DNA of 64,000 nt. Origin: Botryllus schlosseri. Lineage: Eukaryota. Shown here piece by piece: positions 47,601 to 61,712 of the stretch; positions within the stretch are counted from its first letter, which is position 1, and each line of letters begins with the position of its first letter. A program made the translations under genes and the position numbers. The notes under the pieces are model-generated. The model worked only from the letters and a program-made list of their open reading frames with translations, was not told where the DNA came from and did not search any database. The DNA is taken from the NCBI GenBank assembly GCA_051294905.1, contig CM119372.1:39310001-39374000 (forward strand). Reading direction: 5' to 3'.

Positions 47601-49312
47601 CGCAACATATATGCCGCCAAAATTGAGACACGGAGTTCTTTCCTGGTCATTTCTAAATATTAGTTCATCTCGAAGTTGTTCTGGAGTAGTGGGTATATGT
47701 GCATCACAGGAAAATGGAATTTTGCAAACATTTGAATCGCGCTGATCAACCTTACTATTCCTATATTTTATTCGTTCCGCAAACCCAAACAAAACATATC
47801 TACACAGCAATATGTTTTTATCGGTAGGCTATTGGCAACTTGGGAATTAAAATAAGTTTGCACAGTAGGATATTTCATCTCATACCGTCATTCAGTGAGT
47901 CATGAAAATTGTAACAGTAATGAAGCGAATCCGTCTGATAATTTCTCTATATTGAAAATAAAATAAAAATACGGTTATCAATCATTTTGTAAATTCAGAG
48001 GCTTCGCGGACCCCCGGTTGAGAACGACTGTCTTAAAGAAGCCATATTTTGCGAGTGTATAACAATACATGAACGCATGTGATAATTTTGCCGCTGTCCA
48101 ACAAATGCCTGGAATATTCGAGGTGAACATGAACCCAATACACGCATGTGATGTCACGCAGTGCATTCACTGTTCTGGATGCCCAACAAGACGTACCGTT
48201 TGTACTATATTGGCATCCACGTAAACCCTGATGACGTCGCCAACTATTGAACCGGTTGGAAAACGACGACATCGCAATTTGTAAATTCAGAAATTCAAAA
48301 GGTTACAAGCAGCCTAGCCTGTATTCGTCACTCTCTGACACTAGGCATAGACATAGGTTATCGTTATTGACAGCATTGACAGAATTGCGTCGTACAGTTT
48401 ATATGCATGATATATTAGATGTAGTGACAAGCGCATATTTGTGTCTGATGATCTGAGCCGGCACAGTTGCTGCTTTGTAATCCTTCCTTGTATTGCACTG
48501 AGCAGGGTTGGAGTATTCACATATTGTAATGGATGTTTCCATCGTGCCGATGCGACCAGACTTCGATAACTAGATAATTCTCGTTGTCTAATTATAGTAG
48601 TGGTTTTCAAGCTTTTTTGAGTTGTGGACACAAGAAAAAATTATAAAACACTCGAGGCACACTTACAAGAAAGTAGCTTTCAATAAATGTGGTGATGCGA
48701 TGGCTGTGCTAATATATACGAACATATATACCACTGAAACGAAGTTGCAAATTGTTGTCAAACATACCCATTTTTATTCATCCATAAGAAGCCATCTCTC
48801 TCGTGCACAGCTTTTAATTTCAGTCAAAACACAAAGCTATATTACACATGGTCATGGAAATCAACAATGCATATGGCAATAAATCCTGATTGCTTTTGTA
48901 TTTTTACCCATGGTAAAGGATTTGGAAGGATACAGGCATAACTCATCTTTTTTCGTGAAAACAGCGTTTTCGTAAATTAATGAGCTGTGCTTCTGCAGAA
49001 AAATTGTTTGATTCACAGCGCACCAGACCCTTACGGGAGATAAGCGCCACTACTACTTTTCACAATACTAATAATAATAATACCCAACTCATCCCAAAGC
49101 CATGATTGGCTCCGTTGTAATATTCATATGTGATGCTCATTTATCAGCTATGAAGCAAATGGAGCGTATTCATGTCACATATTGTAGCAGGTTATGAAAC
49201 TTTAATTAAATATTACAAAAAGATTCGCGGCACACCTGAGAATCTGTGATCGCTGCACAGAATTTGGAAATCACTGCATTAGAGCGACTAATGCATTATA
49301 ATTCCGGTGAAT

Positions 49313-49750
49313 TCGGGTTGCATTTAAAACAAAAATCGATTTAAAACAAACATGTATAAAACAAGACCCTAATTTAAAACATGTTTTTCATTTTTTTTTC
49401 AAGTCATGACGTCACGAATATTCAATTGTGACTTCATAGTGGAATGACATTGACAATTGAAAATACAGGGTAAATATAGCTCCTTTGACTAAATATCTGT
49501 ACTATCAATGTTGAACCGATTATTTTGAGGGCTCCAACCATCCCATATCGATATACGTCGGCTATATCGGGTGGTAATAGTCTGATACAGCATGTTTTTT
49601 TAGAAAGTATTTACACAATTATGGCATAATTTTACAACTTGAAAAAAAACACAATTTCGTTTTTTTTAAAAAGGACTTCTTTAAAACACTGCTTAAAACA
49701 TGTTTTGAACGTAGTGTTTTAAAACACCGTTTGTTTTAGATGCAGCCCTA
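49313..49750. mobile_element. hAT MITE (GGGTTGCATTTAAAAC family)
   Basis: Termini TCGGGTTGCATTTAAAAC / GTTTTAGATGCAGCCCTA; imperfect 8-bp TSD; inverted relative ending at ~46011. Confidence 0.6.
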
Positions 49751-50858
49751 CGGGTAATCTATAATTCGAATCTAATTTGTGAAATGTTTCTGTTCTACGC
49801 TCTAATTTCAATTCTAATTTAGCTTCTACTTTTCCTTAAAATGTTGCTGGCGAACTTTATAGCACGAAACAAGTCAGGCTTGGTATAGCTTACAGGTATC
49901 TGTCATTGCCGAGTTATGGAAATGACCTTCGATCTAGCATGGACTGAACTAGAGTTTGTTGTGTTCGTTTCAAATTAATAATTGAATTCAATTGCAAGTT
50001 TAGAGAATTCAGTCATTCTGTGTAACCATCTTTCTAATTATGATATTATTTGGAAAACTAGAAAATCGTTTAGTTGCCCAAATCTGATATACGACGTAGC
50101 GTAACGACGGCGCAGGGCGCATGTACTGATAAAGACTGGGGAGAATTACGGTCTAGCTAGAAAGTAGCGTATAAACAAAGTTAAGGCATCTGAAACAAGA
50201 AAATCGTCGACATTATCACTCTTTCTCATAAAATGAGACGTTGGTAAACACGCGACCTTTTCCTCGACCTATGTACAGAGTTCCAACTGATGAAATTGTA
50301 ACCTTCTAGTTTTCGATCGTCGTTATACTGTTGTTATCAGCGTAGCCGCAAACCGTGGATTGCGCCACTGGGCAGGTTGAAGTCGTTGGCTGCGTCGATA
50401 GCAAACTACATCAAGGTTAGGCTAAACCAGATACTCGTTGAATTATGATGATTCGGTCGTCGATATGAAATATTATCTTCATTATGCAACGTTAGTGTGA
50501 TGTACAGTTATGAACAACCAAATATCTAGTTCAGTATCTGAATTAACCGCCCATCGACTTGTTAAGATAATAATTTAATGATTAAAAACTAATAAACTCG
50601 TGTATGATTCGTGCATGACTCGTGCATTTAGTTGCCTGGCGCACCAAATTTAGATAAGAACAGCAAGCCGGTGTAGATATTAACTACGGCGAACCAAAAC
50701 GATTCCAGTATTAAAGAATAGGCTATATATATGCCTTCACACAAATACTACAATATTTTATGAGCGAAAAATATAGATCCATTACTTGAAGAGACTCTTT
50801 GGGGTACCGAACTTTAATATACATTTTAATAATATAATCATGGCTGAAATATATTAAA

Positions 50859-50893
50859 ACCCGCAGCTTTTCGAGCTGACACTCTTCAGGGGC
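50859..50893 (-). ncRNA. minimal hammerhead motif (mutated copy)
   Basis: Minus strand reads gccc-CTGAAGA-gtgtcagctc-GAAA-agct-GC-gggt; the conserved U of the cleavage triplet is replaced by G. Confidence 0.55.
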
Positions 50894-51243
50894 AATCGTC
50901 AGCAAATGGAGAATTTCAAAAACATGCATCTAGCTACATTGCATACAACAAATTACGACGTAATAGAAACAAACAACATTATTTATTTATTATTATTGTA
51001 CAGAACAGTGGTGCTTATAGCCTGTTTCAGGCTTTGTGATCCACGACATGACAGTTTTCAACGGATCAATGCATTTTTTCTTTGCTTTAACATTCTTTCC
51101 ACTCTCTCAGGCTCTCACTCGCTAATCATCTGGTCTTGCGCCGCCGACTTGTAGCTCGGCTCACTGTGATTTCTTGGCTTTTTAAGTCACTGCCACTGCA
51201 GTGAGGTCAGCGATTAGGAGCCCATATAACCTCCGACACATAA

Positions 51244-53127
51244 GAGTTAGCCCTCAAAGCAAGATTGAGTGATTTGGCACATGCCTATTGTGGATATCCT
51301 CCTATTGATTCAGCAAATTTTTTAATGACGAAGGAATGTTTTTGCGCAATAAAAGCATTGCGACAAAATCCAGACATTCACATCAGCAAACCGGATAAGG
51401 GGTCTGGAGTTGTAAACCTAAACACACGGGATTACATACTCAAAATGGAAGCAATACTGGGTGACGAATCAAAATTCAAGACACTTGGTCCCACTGCTGA
51501 ATTCGATGATATTGCGAAGATCGAAAGACGGATACAGCGCCGACTATTCAGCCTCAAGAAAAACGGCTCCATAACACCTGAGGTCTACGCGTCCATCAGA
51601 CCGGTCGGAGCGCAGAGGCCACGAATGTACGGACCGCCTAAAACTCATGAAACCAACCTGCCCGTTCGACCAATTCTTTCTATGATTGGATCGGCTCAGC
51701 ACAAGTTCGCGAAGTGGCTCATCGATATTTTGGAACCAGTGCGTTCCATGTATGGTTCGCATTGTGTCTCTGATTCGTTTACATTCGCGCACGAGATGAA
51801 AACCACCGACCTTCCAAACTCGAATTTATTTCTCGGTTCTTATGATATCGTTATCCTCTTCACGAACGTGCCGCTGAAGGAGACCATTGATATTTGTGCG
51901 GACGCGCTATATGGTGGTGGTGATTTAGCACCACCTTCCTTCTCGCGTAAAGTGTTCGTTGAACTTCTTAATACGGCTACTTGCTCTGTTAAGTTTAGTT
52001 TTAACGATACCATGAACAGGCAAACCGACGGTGTAGCTATGGGAAGCCCTCTTGGCCCGATTTTAGCTAATATATTTGTGGGATTCCATGAAGACAGACT
52101 TTTCGCCGCAGATAAAACCAAGCCTCCATTCATGTAGGTCGCTATGACAACGACACCTTCGGCATCTGTCAAAACGAGACGGAGTTTGATGGCTCTCTTG
52201 ATAACTTGAATTCTCTACACTCGTCTTTAAAATTCACATTTGAAAAAGAGCACCACATTTGAAAAAGAGCGTGCTAACTCCTTACCATTCTTAGACGTTC
52301 TAGTGGAAAAACGGGGTATTAGCTTTGTCACTTCGGTTTACCAGAAGCCAACGTTTACAGGACAATAGATACGCTTGAATTCGTTTAGCCCGAATCGCCG
52401 TAAACTAAATTTGATTAGTACGTTGGTGCACAGAGCCTTGATGATATGTTCGGATGTAAAATTAAACGCGGAGCTAGAATATATCCGCAAAATTCTAATC
52501 GATAGCGGGTACCCCGAAGATATCATCAAGAGATCTGTGGACAAAAAACTCAGTAATTTCAAACCCAGCAAATCACAAAACACGAACACACGGTCTGAGG
52601 AGGCTGGGCCCCATCTCTTCCATTTTTGAAAAACAATTGATTTCTGCTGTAAATCGCTGTTACGATAACGTAAAAACTAATTTTGTGTTTACCACCAAGC
52701 AATTGCTTCCTGCAACGCGCAAAGATGTTCTTCCTGCTTTTCAACAAAGCAATATAGTCTATGATTTCAAGTGCCACTGTGATTGTCGGTACGTGGGAAG
52801 AACAACTCAGCGCTTGCAGGAACGCATCAAACAACATGTTCCGCGCGTTATTAGATCGAGCACATTGGACTCTCGCGAAGATGCAGCCGTAACTGATCTG
52901 CGATTACTAGAACGTGATCAGCCATGGCTATGAACTCTGCCATCGGCAAGCATTTGGCTGAGAATGCAACTTGTGCTAAAAACTATCGCGATGAAAGATT
53001 CTCTATATTAGGTCGAGGCCGCACTCATTTCCATCTGTCTGCACTGAAGTGGACTGATGTTAAAATCGACCGACCTCGCTTGTGTCTACAGAAGGAATTT
53101 TTAGTCAATCTAAAAATTGGCCACTAG
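51244..53127 (+). pseudogene. Penelope-like RT + GIY-YIG ORF with stops and frameshifts
   Basis: KPDKGSGVV, RMYGPPKTH, RPILS, SYDIVILFTNVP, GVAMGSPLGPILANIF; NIVYDFKCHCDCRYVGRT; SAIGKHL. Stop at 52137. Confidence 0.92.
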
Positions 53128-53199
53128 CTGCGCTCGCGGTTTGCCTATATTTCATGTTGTTCGTTTCCATGAACGTCATAATTGGTTGTATGCAATATA

Positions 53200-55241
53200 C
53201 ACTGTAAAAAATCTGGTAGATTGACTGGGAAATCTCTGTAAATTTTACCACGAATTACCGGTCGCAGCCAATTACTGTGCGTAGCTTGTCATTTTACATT
53301 TTGATATGCAATATTACCTTAATATAGCTGTAAAGTAAGTTACCAGAATTTCTTCGCAAAATTACTGACAGTTACTCGTTACTGCAGTTTACCGGGCTAT
53401 TGGCAAAATTGATTAGCTTCAAAATCGCTGCAGCCAATGTATACGTAGAACTGAATGTTACTGATATATCATTCTAGAGGTGATTTGACCTGATTGAACC
53501 TCATTTGCGAGACTGGGGTCTGTCATACCGAAATTGTTGGCCCTAGTATCAATTTAAGCTTAGTAGGGTACAAGAAATAACTGACCATCGTAGCTAATGT
53601 GGTACACCGTAGCCATATTATATTATAAGGCAATGGCTGTACGGCCAGTCTCGCTGGTTACATTTGTTGTCACGGATAAGGCTGATAAGTTAGAAAATTA
53701 GTTCAGGATGTATAATATTGCTCGGGGAAACTAGAAATATCAGCACCGCATGCTCAGCTGACCATTTGTTAATGGCGGACAAGGCGACCTAGGTTACATT
53801 AGGTGACTGCTTTTTCTGAGATTCGTAGTAAACAACCAACGCACAACTGTGACATCACAAGTAGCGTCTAGTTAGGCAAGTACAGTAAGTAGTGTGGAAT
53901 GGAATATACATCAATTTATACAAAATTAGATCAAAAACGGGACTATATGCAATGATAAATGTTTCTGTATGGAAAAAACGACCCAGATCAAACATTATAA
54001 CGTGGCCAGTAAATATTATTGGTGTCATGTGTCAGCGGATGAATACCATTTATTTCGAAATCGTTCGAGTGTCGTCTGGCCAGTGGCCATTAGTGAGATT
54101 TGAGCAAAGGGTGGAGCGAAGCTTGTTGTGCTTGAAGAAAGTGGACGCGATCGTTGAAAATTCCTAGGAATGCTGAATGGAATACGCATCTTAAAAGGTA
54201 ATACAGTACTACATGGTATTTGTTACCGTGAATATCTGACTCTGCACACCAGCCCTCGATGACTTAGATTTCATGATTGATATATTTCATTCGCCGCATT
54301 CTCTGTTCTATTTTGGGATATTTGTCGACTTCTATAGTGACCACATACTCCGCTGCGGAGGAGTTGAAACTGTTGGCTTGGTAATGTCATTTTCGGGCCA
54401 TAGCATAGATATGTTTTCATCCACTGCTGGATTTGTTTGCCACACAGGCCACCCTTAAATTAGGAACCTTTTGCTTCAATACAGAGATAAAGTCATGAAT
54501 CTCTGCTATGTCATGTAAAAGGTGGAGCCGTTATCACACAATGTGCCAGTACCGGTACTTCAAAACATGTTACATTTTTGTTAGCCTATTTGTCTTAGTC
54601 TTTATAATGTCATGTCCACTGTCCAGGTTAGGAACTTTGCTTTATATAGCGACTTACGCATGAATTCTGTTTAGTGGAACTGCAAGATACTACTTACACA
54701 GAAGGAATGAGAACGAGAAAAAGAAACAATTGGAAGTTTGGCCGGTGGTGGAATTAATTCACGATTTCTTGAGACCACTCGTGTTACTGCATGTCTCCTA
54801 AAGAAGAATTAGACCTCCAGCAGCAATATTTTGCCATCGATAACCACTTCATCGTGATATCATGAATGAATATACAGTTTGTTCCAATGTCGTTTTGGGG
54901 ATGTGAAGAAAATGTTGCGATATTTTTGCATCGGGTTGCTTTGCGATAGGTATGGATGTACGTGAATTTACAAGCTGGTATGTAATCCTGATTTACAGGG
55001 ACAGCATGTAGGTAGGTAGGCGGTAAAATGACAGTCTCGATCGCAAATGTACAGGAGAACATGTAGATTAGATATACCGGAGGTGACTGTAACATTACAG
55101 TCTGGCGTGTAAAGTGAGATTACCGGACGAGTGTAAGTTAAATTTACATTGACTAACGGTAATGTTAGATTACTACGAAATGTCTGGCTACCGTGCTTCC
55201 AAACATTTCGCGGTAAATCGAGGTTTTTATTTTTTACAGTG
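53200..55241. mobile_element. non-autonomous CACTA/EnSpm-like element inserted in the Penelope 3' pLTR
   Basis: TIR CACTGTAAAAAAT / ATTTTTTACAGTG; 2-bp TSD TA; the empty site is visible in the inverted pLTR. Confidence 0.88.
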
Positions 55242-55284
55242 TAGCTAGATGCATGTTTTTGAAATTCTCCATTTGCTGACGATT

Positions 55285-55319
55285 GCCCTTGAAGACTGTC
55301 AACTCGAAAAGCTTTGGGT
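55285..55319 (+). ncRNA. minimal hammerhead motif (mutated copy)
   Basis: gccc-TTGAAGA-ctgtcaactc-GAAA-agct-TT-gggt; palindrome AAGCTT; the core C is mutated. Confidence 0.5.
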
Positions 55320-56066
55320 TTTAATATATTTCAGCCATGAATTTATTATTAAAATGTAAGATCCATTACTCGATAAAAAGTATTTACTAGTTTTGGGTGG
55401 TCCATGAAAGGGCAATACGTCATCATGAAAAAAGATCATTCTTCGAGAATGCCGCCGTGAGTGGTAGCCTACTGTGACTCCTTAATCAGTAGTTCTTAAC
55501 CCTGTCGCGAGCGCCCCCCAGGGAGCGATTCGGATTTTGAAGGGGGCGGGAACACTCATAGGATAAAAGCGGGGCCGTTGGGATCAGGGGACGCTAAAGA
55601 GAAATGTTGTCGCAGTAGATGATCTAGTAGTTCCCCAAGGGAAATATGATGATATAGTAGAACAATAGTCCAATACATCCATGATTTCTTATTGCAAATC
55701 TACATTCGACAAAACTTATCTAGTATCTCCAATCTTTTCGTCGCGCTTGGCGCGAAATATACTGAAGGTGGTTGCATCATGTTTCCGTATATCCAGTGTA
55801 TTAAGTCCTGTAAAATGAATCTCACGAACGTGTATGCGCATACTTGAAGATCGCAGATTTTGCATTAACGCACTCCCCTCATGCTAGTTACGCGCACAGC
55901 GAGTCGAAATTTGACAAAGACGCAATATACCAGTTAAACCCTTGTACTTGAGAACTGCAAAATTTAATGGTCATAGTATTACTGCATCGCAGCATATCAT
56001 ACCGTTTGGCGTTGTGACTCACAACTCCACATGTAGGATATGTAAGAATTGTTGCTTTGTTTAGAA

Positions 56067-57571
56067 CAGGGGTCACCAACACGCGGCCTGATTTGAAATT
56101 TCGGAAGAATGCTTGGTAAAGCATTTCAAAATGCGGAGATTAATTTGAGTTTAAACATATTGTTGTTGTTGTTCGAAGTAAGCTATTTTCCTGTGTCCAT
56201 CATCACCATTGCTCACTAGATGATACGGCTTAGGCGCCGGTAATATCATTCGATGGAGGAAGGATTTACTGATATGAATATGCATTGGCCCGCCACTTCC
56301 AAGACTGAAACGCTTAGAAATAAACTTCGTGCTCCCCAGAAGACCAAGCTTTACGAGGAGATAGTTTTCCAGCTGATATCATGTCTATAGCTAACCCTAA
56401 TATCGATACTTTAGTCCAGAGGTGGCTAATCTGCGGCAATAGAAGGAATATTATGCCGCCGTCGACGACACTTAATTCGATTAGGATGTGTTGGCGGCCG
56501 TCAATGTGCAAATTGAATTTACGAATTGACTCTCCAAATTACTCAGAGGTTTGAATTATTCTTGAACTTTTCTTCGCGCTAAGCGCGGTTCAATGCGAGT
56601 TCATTTACGATTTTGATGTAGTAGTGTCCTTTGTAATCTGAGCACACAGTACACGAACTGCAGCAGAGGACAATGATGAGCCCCCAAAAGAAATACCAAT
56701 TTGTAATCGATTTCTTCTTTCTCATTACGAAGGAAATTCGTTTCTGGTAGGCCTACGTTTCGACGAATCCAATGTATTTCCACTATACCGAAAATTCTGA
56801 TGGTAAGTCAAGAACTAACAGCACACAAAAAAGGGGACAATTGTCTCACCCATAGATGCAGAACATCATCAAGATATTCCCTAAATATTTGAATACACCC
56901 CCTGCATCTACTCTACCGGTTAATCTCATCACATGGACTGAGAAAGGATAAACATTTGATAGTAATATGTGAAACTATACTAACATTATTGACGAAACTC
57001 ACTCATGAATATGAAATTTTTTTCGCGCTTGGCGCGACTATAGGAAATGGATCTCTGTGGCTATTCATACATGGATATTACTCGGGATTTCGCTGCGCAT
57101 AGTAAGCCGATATCAGTAAATAGATTAGCCTGGACTTCACCGGCAATGGACAAGGAGAGTTAAACGCGGATATTTCGCCTTCAGTTAGTTCATTACGACT
57201 ATGGACTGAATGATAACGTTGGCTGCGTAATTACTTGAAATTCGGCCGTGAATATTCAAATGGTTGGACACCCCTGCTTCGGTTGCTGAAGAGTGTTATC
57301 AGGTATTGTGCGCAGCTCAGATTTCAAAATATAATGAAAGTGATGATCACGATATTTTTTTGGATTTGTAATTCTTCAATAAAATTTTTTTTCATTGGCG
57401 ATAACTATGCCCGTCGCCCATGTTGGAGAGCACTGCACTAACGTAGAGTTATCGAAACGTGGTTGTTTAACCGCGTTGCTTATTTTTATGTCGATATTGA
57501 AGTCATGCGGACCGCCGCCTCTACGAATTTTGAAAAGTGGCCCGCGACCCGCTTTGAGTGGGCGACCCCTG
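56067..57571. mobile_element. hAT MITE (composite)
   Basis: Termini CAGGGGTCACCAAC / GTGGGCGACCCCTG; TSD GTTTAGAA/GTTTAGGG (6/8). Confidence 0.55.
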
Positions 57572-58466
57572 GTTTAGGGTACATTGATATTAAGTTAAGA
57601 GCTAGCTGCAGTATCCCTATATTTTAAGGCAACTGACTTCAATGTGAGCAGAGATCTCCGTCACATTTTCACTTGACATTCTATAATCTCACAAAGAAAA
57701 CAAAACCTAATACTATTTGCTTGCTCGTATTGCCAATCGCAGAGGAGTATTCGGGATGCGTATATTGGACTCACAGCCGGTGGCATGAGCCCAAACAAGA
57801 TGATTGTCGTGAAGCCTAATATATAGCACACACACACAAGTACGCTACTATGTCGTTATTTAGTCGAGTAGTCATCTGGTAGTCGTATTTCCAATACTAA
57901 AGTCCCAACCCGAAAAATCAACCTGACTTCGATCTCATACCCACGGTATTTAGTACAATCCTTATTGGGGGCGTCAAAACCCAGCAACTTCTGAAAAGTG
58001 GCAATGGAGGTAGTAGGTTTCATCACTGCCCTAAATAGACCTCAGCCTCATGTGACGATATTCAAGTCATCGGCTTCTGATACTTTCAAGGTACGCGCAG
58101 CCGCAATCAAAACTTGAAGGATTCCGCTATCGAAAAAGTGTAGTAACCCCTCGTCTATTGCCACCGTTGACACTTCTAAAACACCGTGACTGTAACGCAG
58201 CATCCAAATACATGTTGCGCAGGACTACTAATATTCATATATCAAATGGGCGATCGCCGCAATGGTAACAAAGCACTGCGAAATAGTTTTGGTCCAGCAA
58301 TACGAAATTATTTTGGATAATTTGCGTCTGTTTCTTTTGAACTATTTGAAGCCGCGAAAAGATACATATTTCCGATTTTCAAATCTAGTTATGGCGTCAA
58401 TAGATGTCATTCTAATACTCTACTTGAGATCGAACCATTCAGGTACCTTGATTTGACCAGACCTAC

Positions 58467-58793
58467 CTAAGAATAAGATTCAGTTGGCAGAAATTGCAAT
58501 TTAAATGGTAAAGGACTGTGGACCAGTCCGGCCACTTTCTCTTCGAACCCGGGTAATGGATCATTGTGATCTTCCGTAAAACGGAACGACCTGATCAACC
58601 CCACCAGAAGCACATAAACTTCTAATTCTGCCAGGTGCATGCCTAAACAGTAACGCGGTCCAACGGAGTAGGGAATCACTCTATCGTGTTTTTCAAATTG
58701 TCCCAGCGCGTTAATGAAACGCTGCGGATCAAACTTCCAAGCGTCCTTGAACGTCGCGTCGTCGTGGTGACTTTGCCAGATATTTGCGATTAC
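58467..58793 (-). CDS. cytochrome P450 last coding exon (CYP2-clan-like)
   Basis: ttcacAG acceptor; VIANIWQSHHD, FDPQRF, heme motif PYSVGPRYCLG; stop at 58467; 327 nt, phase 0. Confidence 0.92.
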   Translation of the reverse strand, partial: VIANIWQSHHDDATFKDAWKFDPQRFINALGQFEKHDRVIPYSVGPRYCLGMHLAELEVYVLLVGLIRSFRFTEDHNDPLPGFEEKVAGLVHSPLPFKLQFLPTESYS

Positions 58794-59209
58794 CTGTGAA
58801 GAATTACGACGACTTTAAACTCTCGTCTGACATATTTAATAAACATGCGATTGTATTCGGAAAGTACCGAACTAAAAGAACACAACTAATGTAACAGCTA
58901 GTTACGTAAGTTTGGATCCATAGTTTTATTGCCCCCTAGTGATAGGCATTGGACAGTAGCAATGGTTGGCTGGTGGCTACAAGGAAATTCGAGCTCATAA
59001 ATTAAGCGGGTGGTCAAGTATATGGTACAAACAGACAGTGGCCCTGGATCTAACCTACAAACCAATTGCTCTGTTTTTCTTCCGCAACCTGCGTCCCGCG
59101 GGACATATGCGGCAATGCGGCATACAGGGAAAATTTCTGTGGCCCGTGAAGAAGTGCTAATTTTTAATTGACCGCTGCCCGCGAAGTGGATGTCTAATTT
59201 AATTTGGTT

Positions 59210-59470
59210 GTTATTATTATTATTGTTTGTAGTATTCATAGTGTTTTTCAAGTACATTGGTTATTTACGCCAGGCATTTATTCTTTTTAATCATGATTTC
59301 GTATCTGCCGACTTGTAGACACCGCTTACTCGTCGTATGCGATGGCGTGGAGGAGCCAAGATAAACCTGGAACGATTGGGAAGCAATTATGGAGTCGAAC
59401 TTGGTCGAGCCTGAACCAGAAACGTGTCGGGCTGTAACTGTGGATCATACCACTACGCTTTCTCGCCACA
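59210..59470 (-). mobile_element. diverged tRNA-derived SINE in the P450 intron
   Basis: Homology to 37962-38240 (AGACACCGCTTAC, GGAGGAGCC, AATTATGGAGTCGA). Confidence 0.6.
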
Positions 59471-61551
59471 CGTCTGGTACGAGTGAATGCAAGCTTTAAG
59501 CACAATTGGGTCAAGAAAAGCGCCAAAATTTCATAATATACCGACTTCTTGGCAATTTCCATCCAGTAACTCGTCAATGTTTTCGCCCATGTCTTCAAGG
59601 CGGTTCGCGATTTCCTTGTTCACTGCGATAGCTTATACTATATTGGGAACCCTACCCACATTCGATACAAATTCATGATATGGAACATACTCATGCCGGA
59701 AATATACTCTCGAGAAGACGACTGCCCGTCTGCGATGATCAGCGTGATTATCAGCATGATTACGCGTATTAGATCTGATACTAATCATTCGTGGTCGTAT
59801 GAAATCGGTATTTTCAGGATATTTGGTTGAGCCTTAAATGGTAGAAGCGAAGTTATTGAAGTACAAAATTTTGGGCTTGATAAAAGTACTATTTACGGTC
59901 GGAAATTCTTTATTTATAAAACTATAGAATACATTCCGGCAACGATGAGGCTTTTTACCAAATTTGAAGAGATCACGTTTTCGCACCTCATATGATTCAC
60001 TTTTGTGATTGTTTGACACTGCCAAGCCCGGTTGCAGCGTTGTAGCAGGGTAAGGAAATATGAAACATCGTAGCTAACGGTATTGTTATCCAGAAGGGTC
60101 TGATGATGCGATATTGGAAAACAACGCGTTCAACTAATCCAGTGTAATCGAAATATTGAATTTATTATTCCACTCCGAATCGAGTACGCAAAGCACTATC
60201 CCAGCCGTGCACTGCAAATACATGGGTGGAAGTGAGGTGTATATAATATTTCCATCGTAGCTAGGGATTAAATCGGACCGTCGGCACTTTTGGATTCCGA
60301 ATTTGGCTTCCACACTCATCCGATGGGTCAGACGAGTCAAATACACCAGTCGATAAAATATATATAACGGAGAGGTATAGTAAGCTATGTTTTCGTGTAA
60401 CAGCTTTTACTCCATGAGGTGGTACACGGCAGCAGGGCCCAGTCCAAAGATGGGATAAATGTACATAACAGTTGATGCATTTTGGTCGTATTCAACCACT
60501 GGAAAGTGTGTGATAGAAAATATTTGTGCAATAATGTGCCTTTCAACTGATGTGCATCCTACGCTCTGCTGGAAATGATCAAAGTACAATTTATGTACTG
60601 CCGCACCCATAGCCGCAAATTGGGCGCGAGATCGGAGAGTCCAAAATTATTTCGTGAACCAACATAAATCATATATTATTCTCTGGGAGATTTAGTCAAC
60701 CTGAGTATTTTATTCACCAGATTTCAAACTAGATGCTTTAATTATGGGTGCCTTTTTGGGTACATTATGAAAATATGAATTTCGACGCCGATAATTATAG
60801 CGTCAAGATATATGAAGACGCGAAGTTTCAGTCAACATGCTAGTCTGTGAAGTGTGTCACCAAATACTTCATCGAAGATGGATAATTATGAATTAGGTTC
60901 CCTTAATTTTTGATGACACCAAGTCCCTTTTGCTCTATACCGATGAATATGATCACATGGGCTAAGAGAGAGTCGAAATATGATAGTAATAGATACAACT
61001 ACTTCATGACAAAATTCAATCAGGAGTTTGAAAATTAGGCAGTCTATGATCAACGAAATTTTGGGCTAGACGAAGTGCTGCTACGGTGCTGATTGTACTG
61101 TACAGTATACATGTCAACATGTACGAAATGTGTGAAGCATAAAGTAGGGATATCATATGTCCTCTTTGAAGAGGATTTGCCCTCTTGTTCCAATAAATTG
61201 AAAGTGTCCTCGGAGGACGCCTATATGTCCTATTTTTGGGGAATTTGTCCACTTTTTCCAGAAAGAGTATTACAATGTCATTAAAAACTTCGTCGTCGCA
61301 GCGTACGAAAGAGTTCCTTATAAAACGGGCAAAATGTAATTCGGGCCGAAGTGATGACCTGTTTTTAGACAACAGCACAGACGTATCATAAAAGCGCAGA
61401 TAATCCGTGGGTCATGTCAAAGTGAGGATTTTCCGGTATTACAGCATTCGAATTTTTTTTAAAACTGTCCGCTTTTTCGGATCTCAAAATAAGGTAACCA
61501 TACATAAAGGGGACGGCAAATGCGCACACAATTCCACCAACATAAACCCAC

Positions 61552-61712
61552 CGGTGTATTAGCAGGGATTTGATATCCTTGGAATTCGACGTTGTCAGTT
61601 GTCGCGTGCGTCACCAGCGGTACGATTGGCCTGCGTCGCTGCATTTCATGAATGAAGGAGCACGTGAGAGGCGTATGCTTCCTGAGCTCGGAAAGAACTA
61701 GTTCGTTGCTAT
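61552..61712 (-). CDS. cytochrome P450 penultimate exon (K-helix)
   Basis: ttcatcAG acceptor; ExxR motif IHEMQR; THATTDNVEFQGYQIPANTP; GTGGGT donor in phase with the last exon. Confidence 0.9.

Larger units (their letters stand above)
50787..55358 (+). mobile_element. Penelope-like retroelement with inverted pLTR, degraded
   Basis: 12-bp TSD AGATCCATTACT at 50775-50786 and 55359-55370; 50821-50979 is the reverse complement of 53153-53199 + 55244-55357. Confidence 0.88.
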
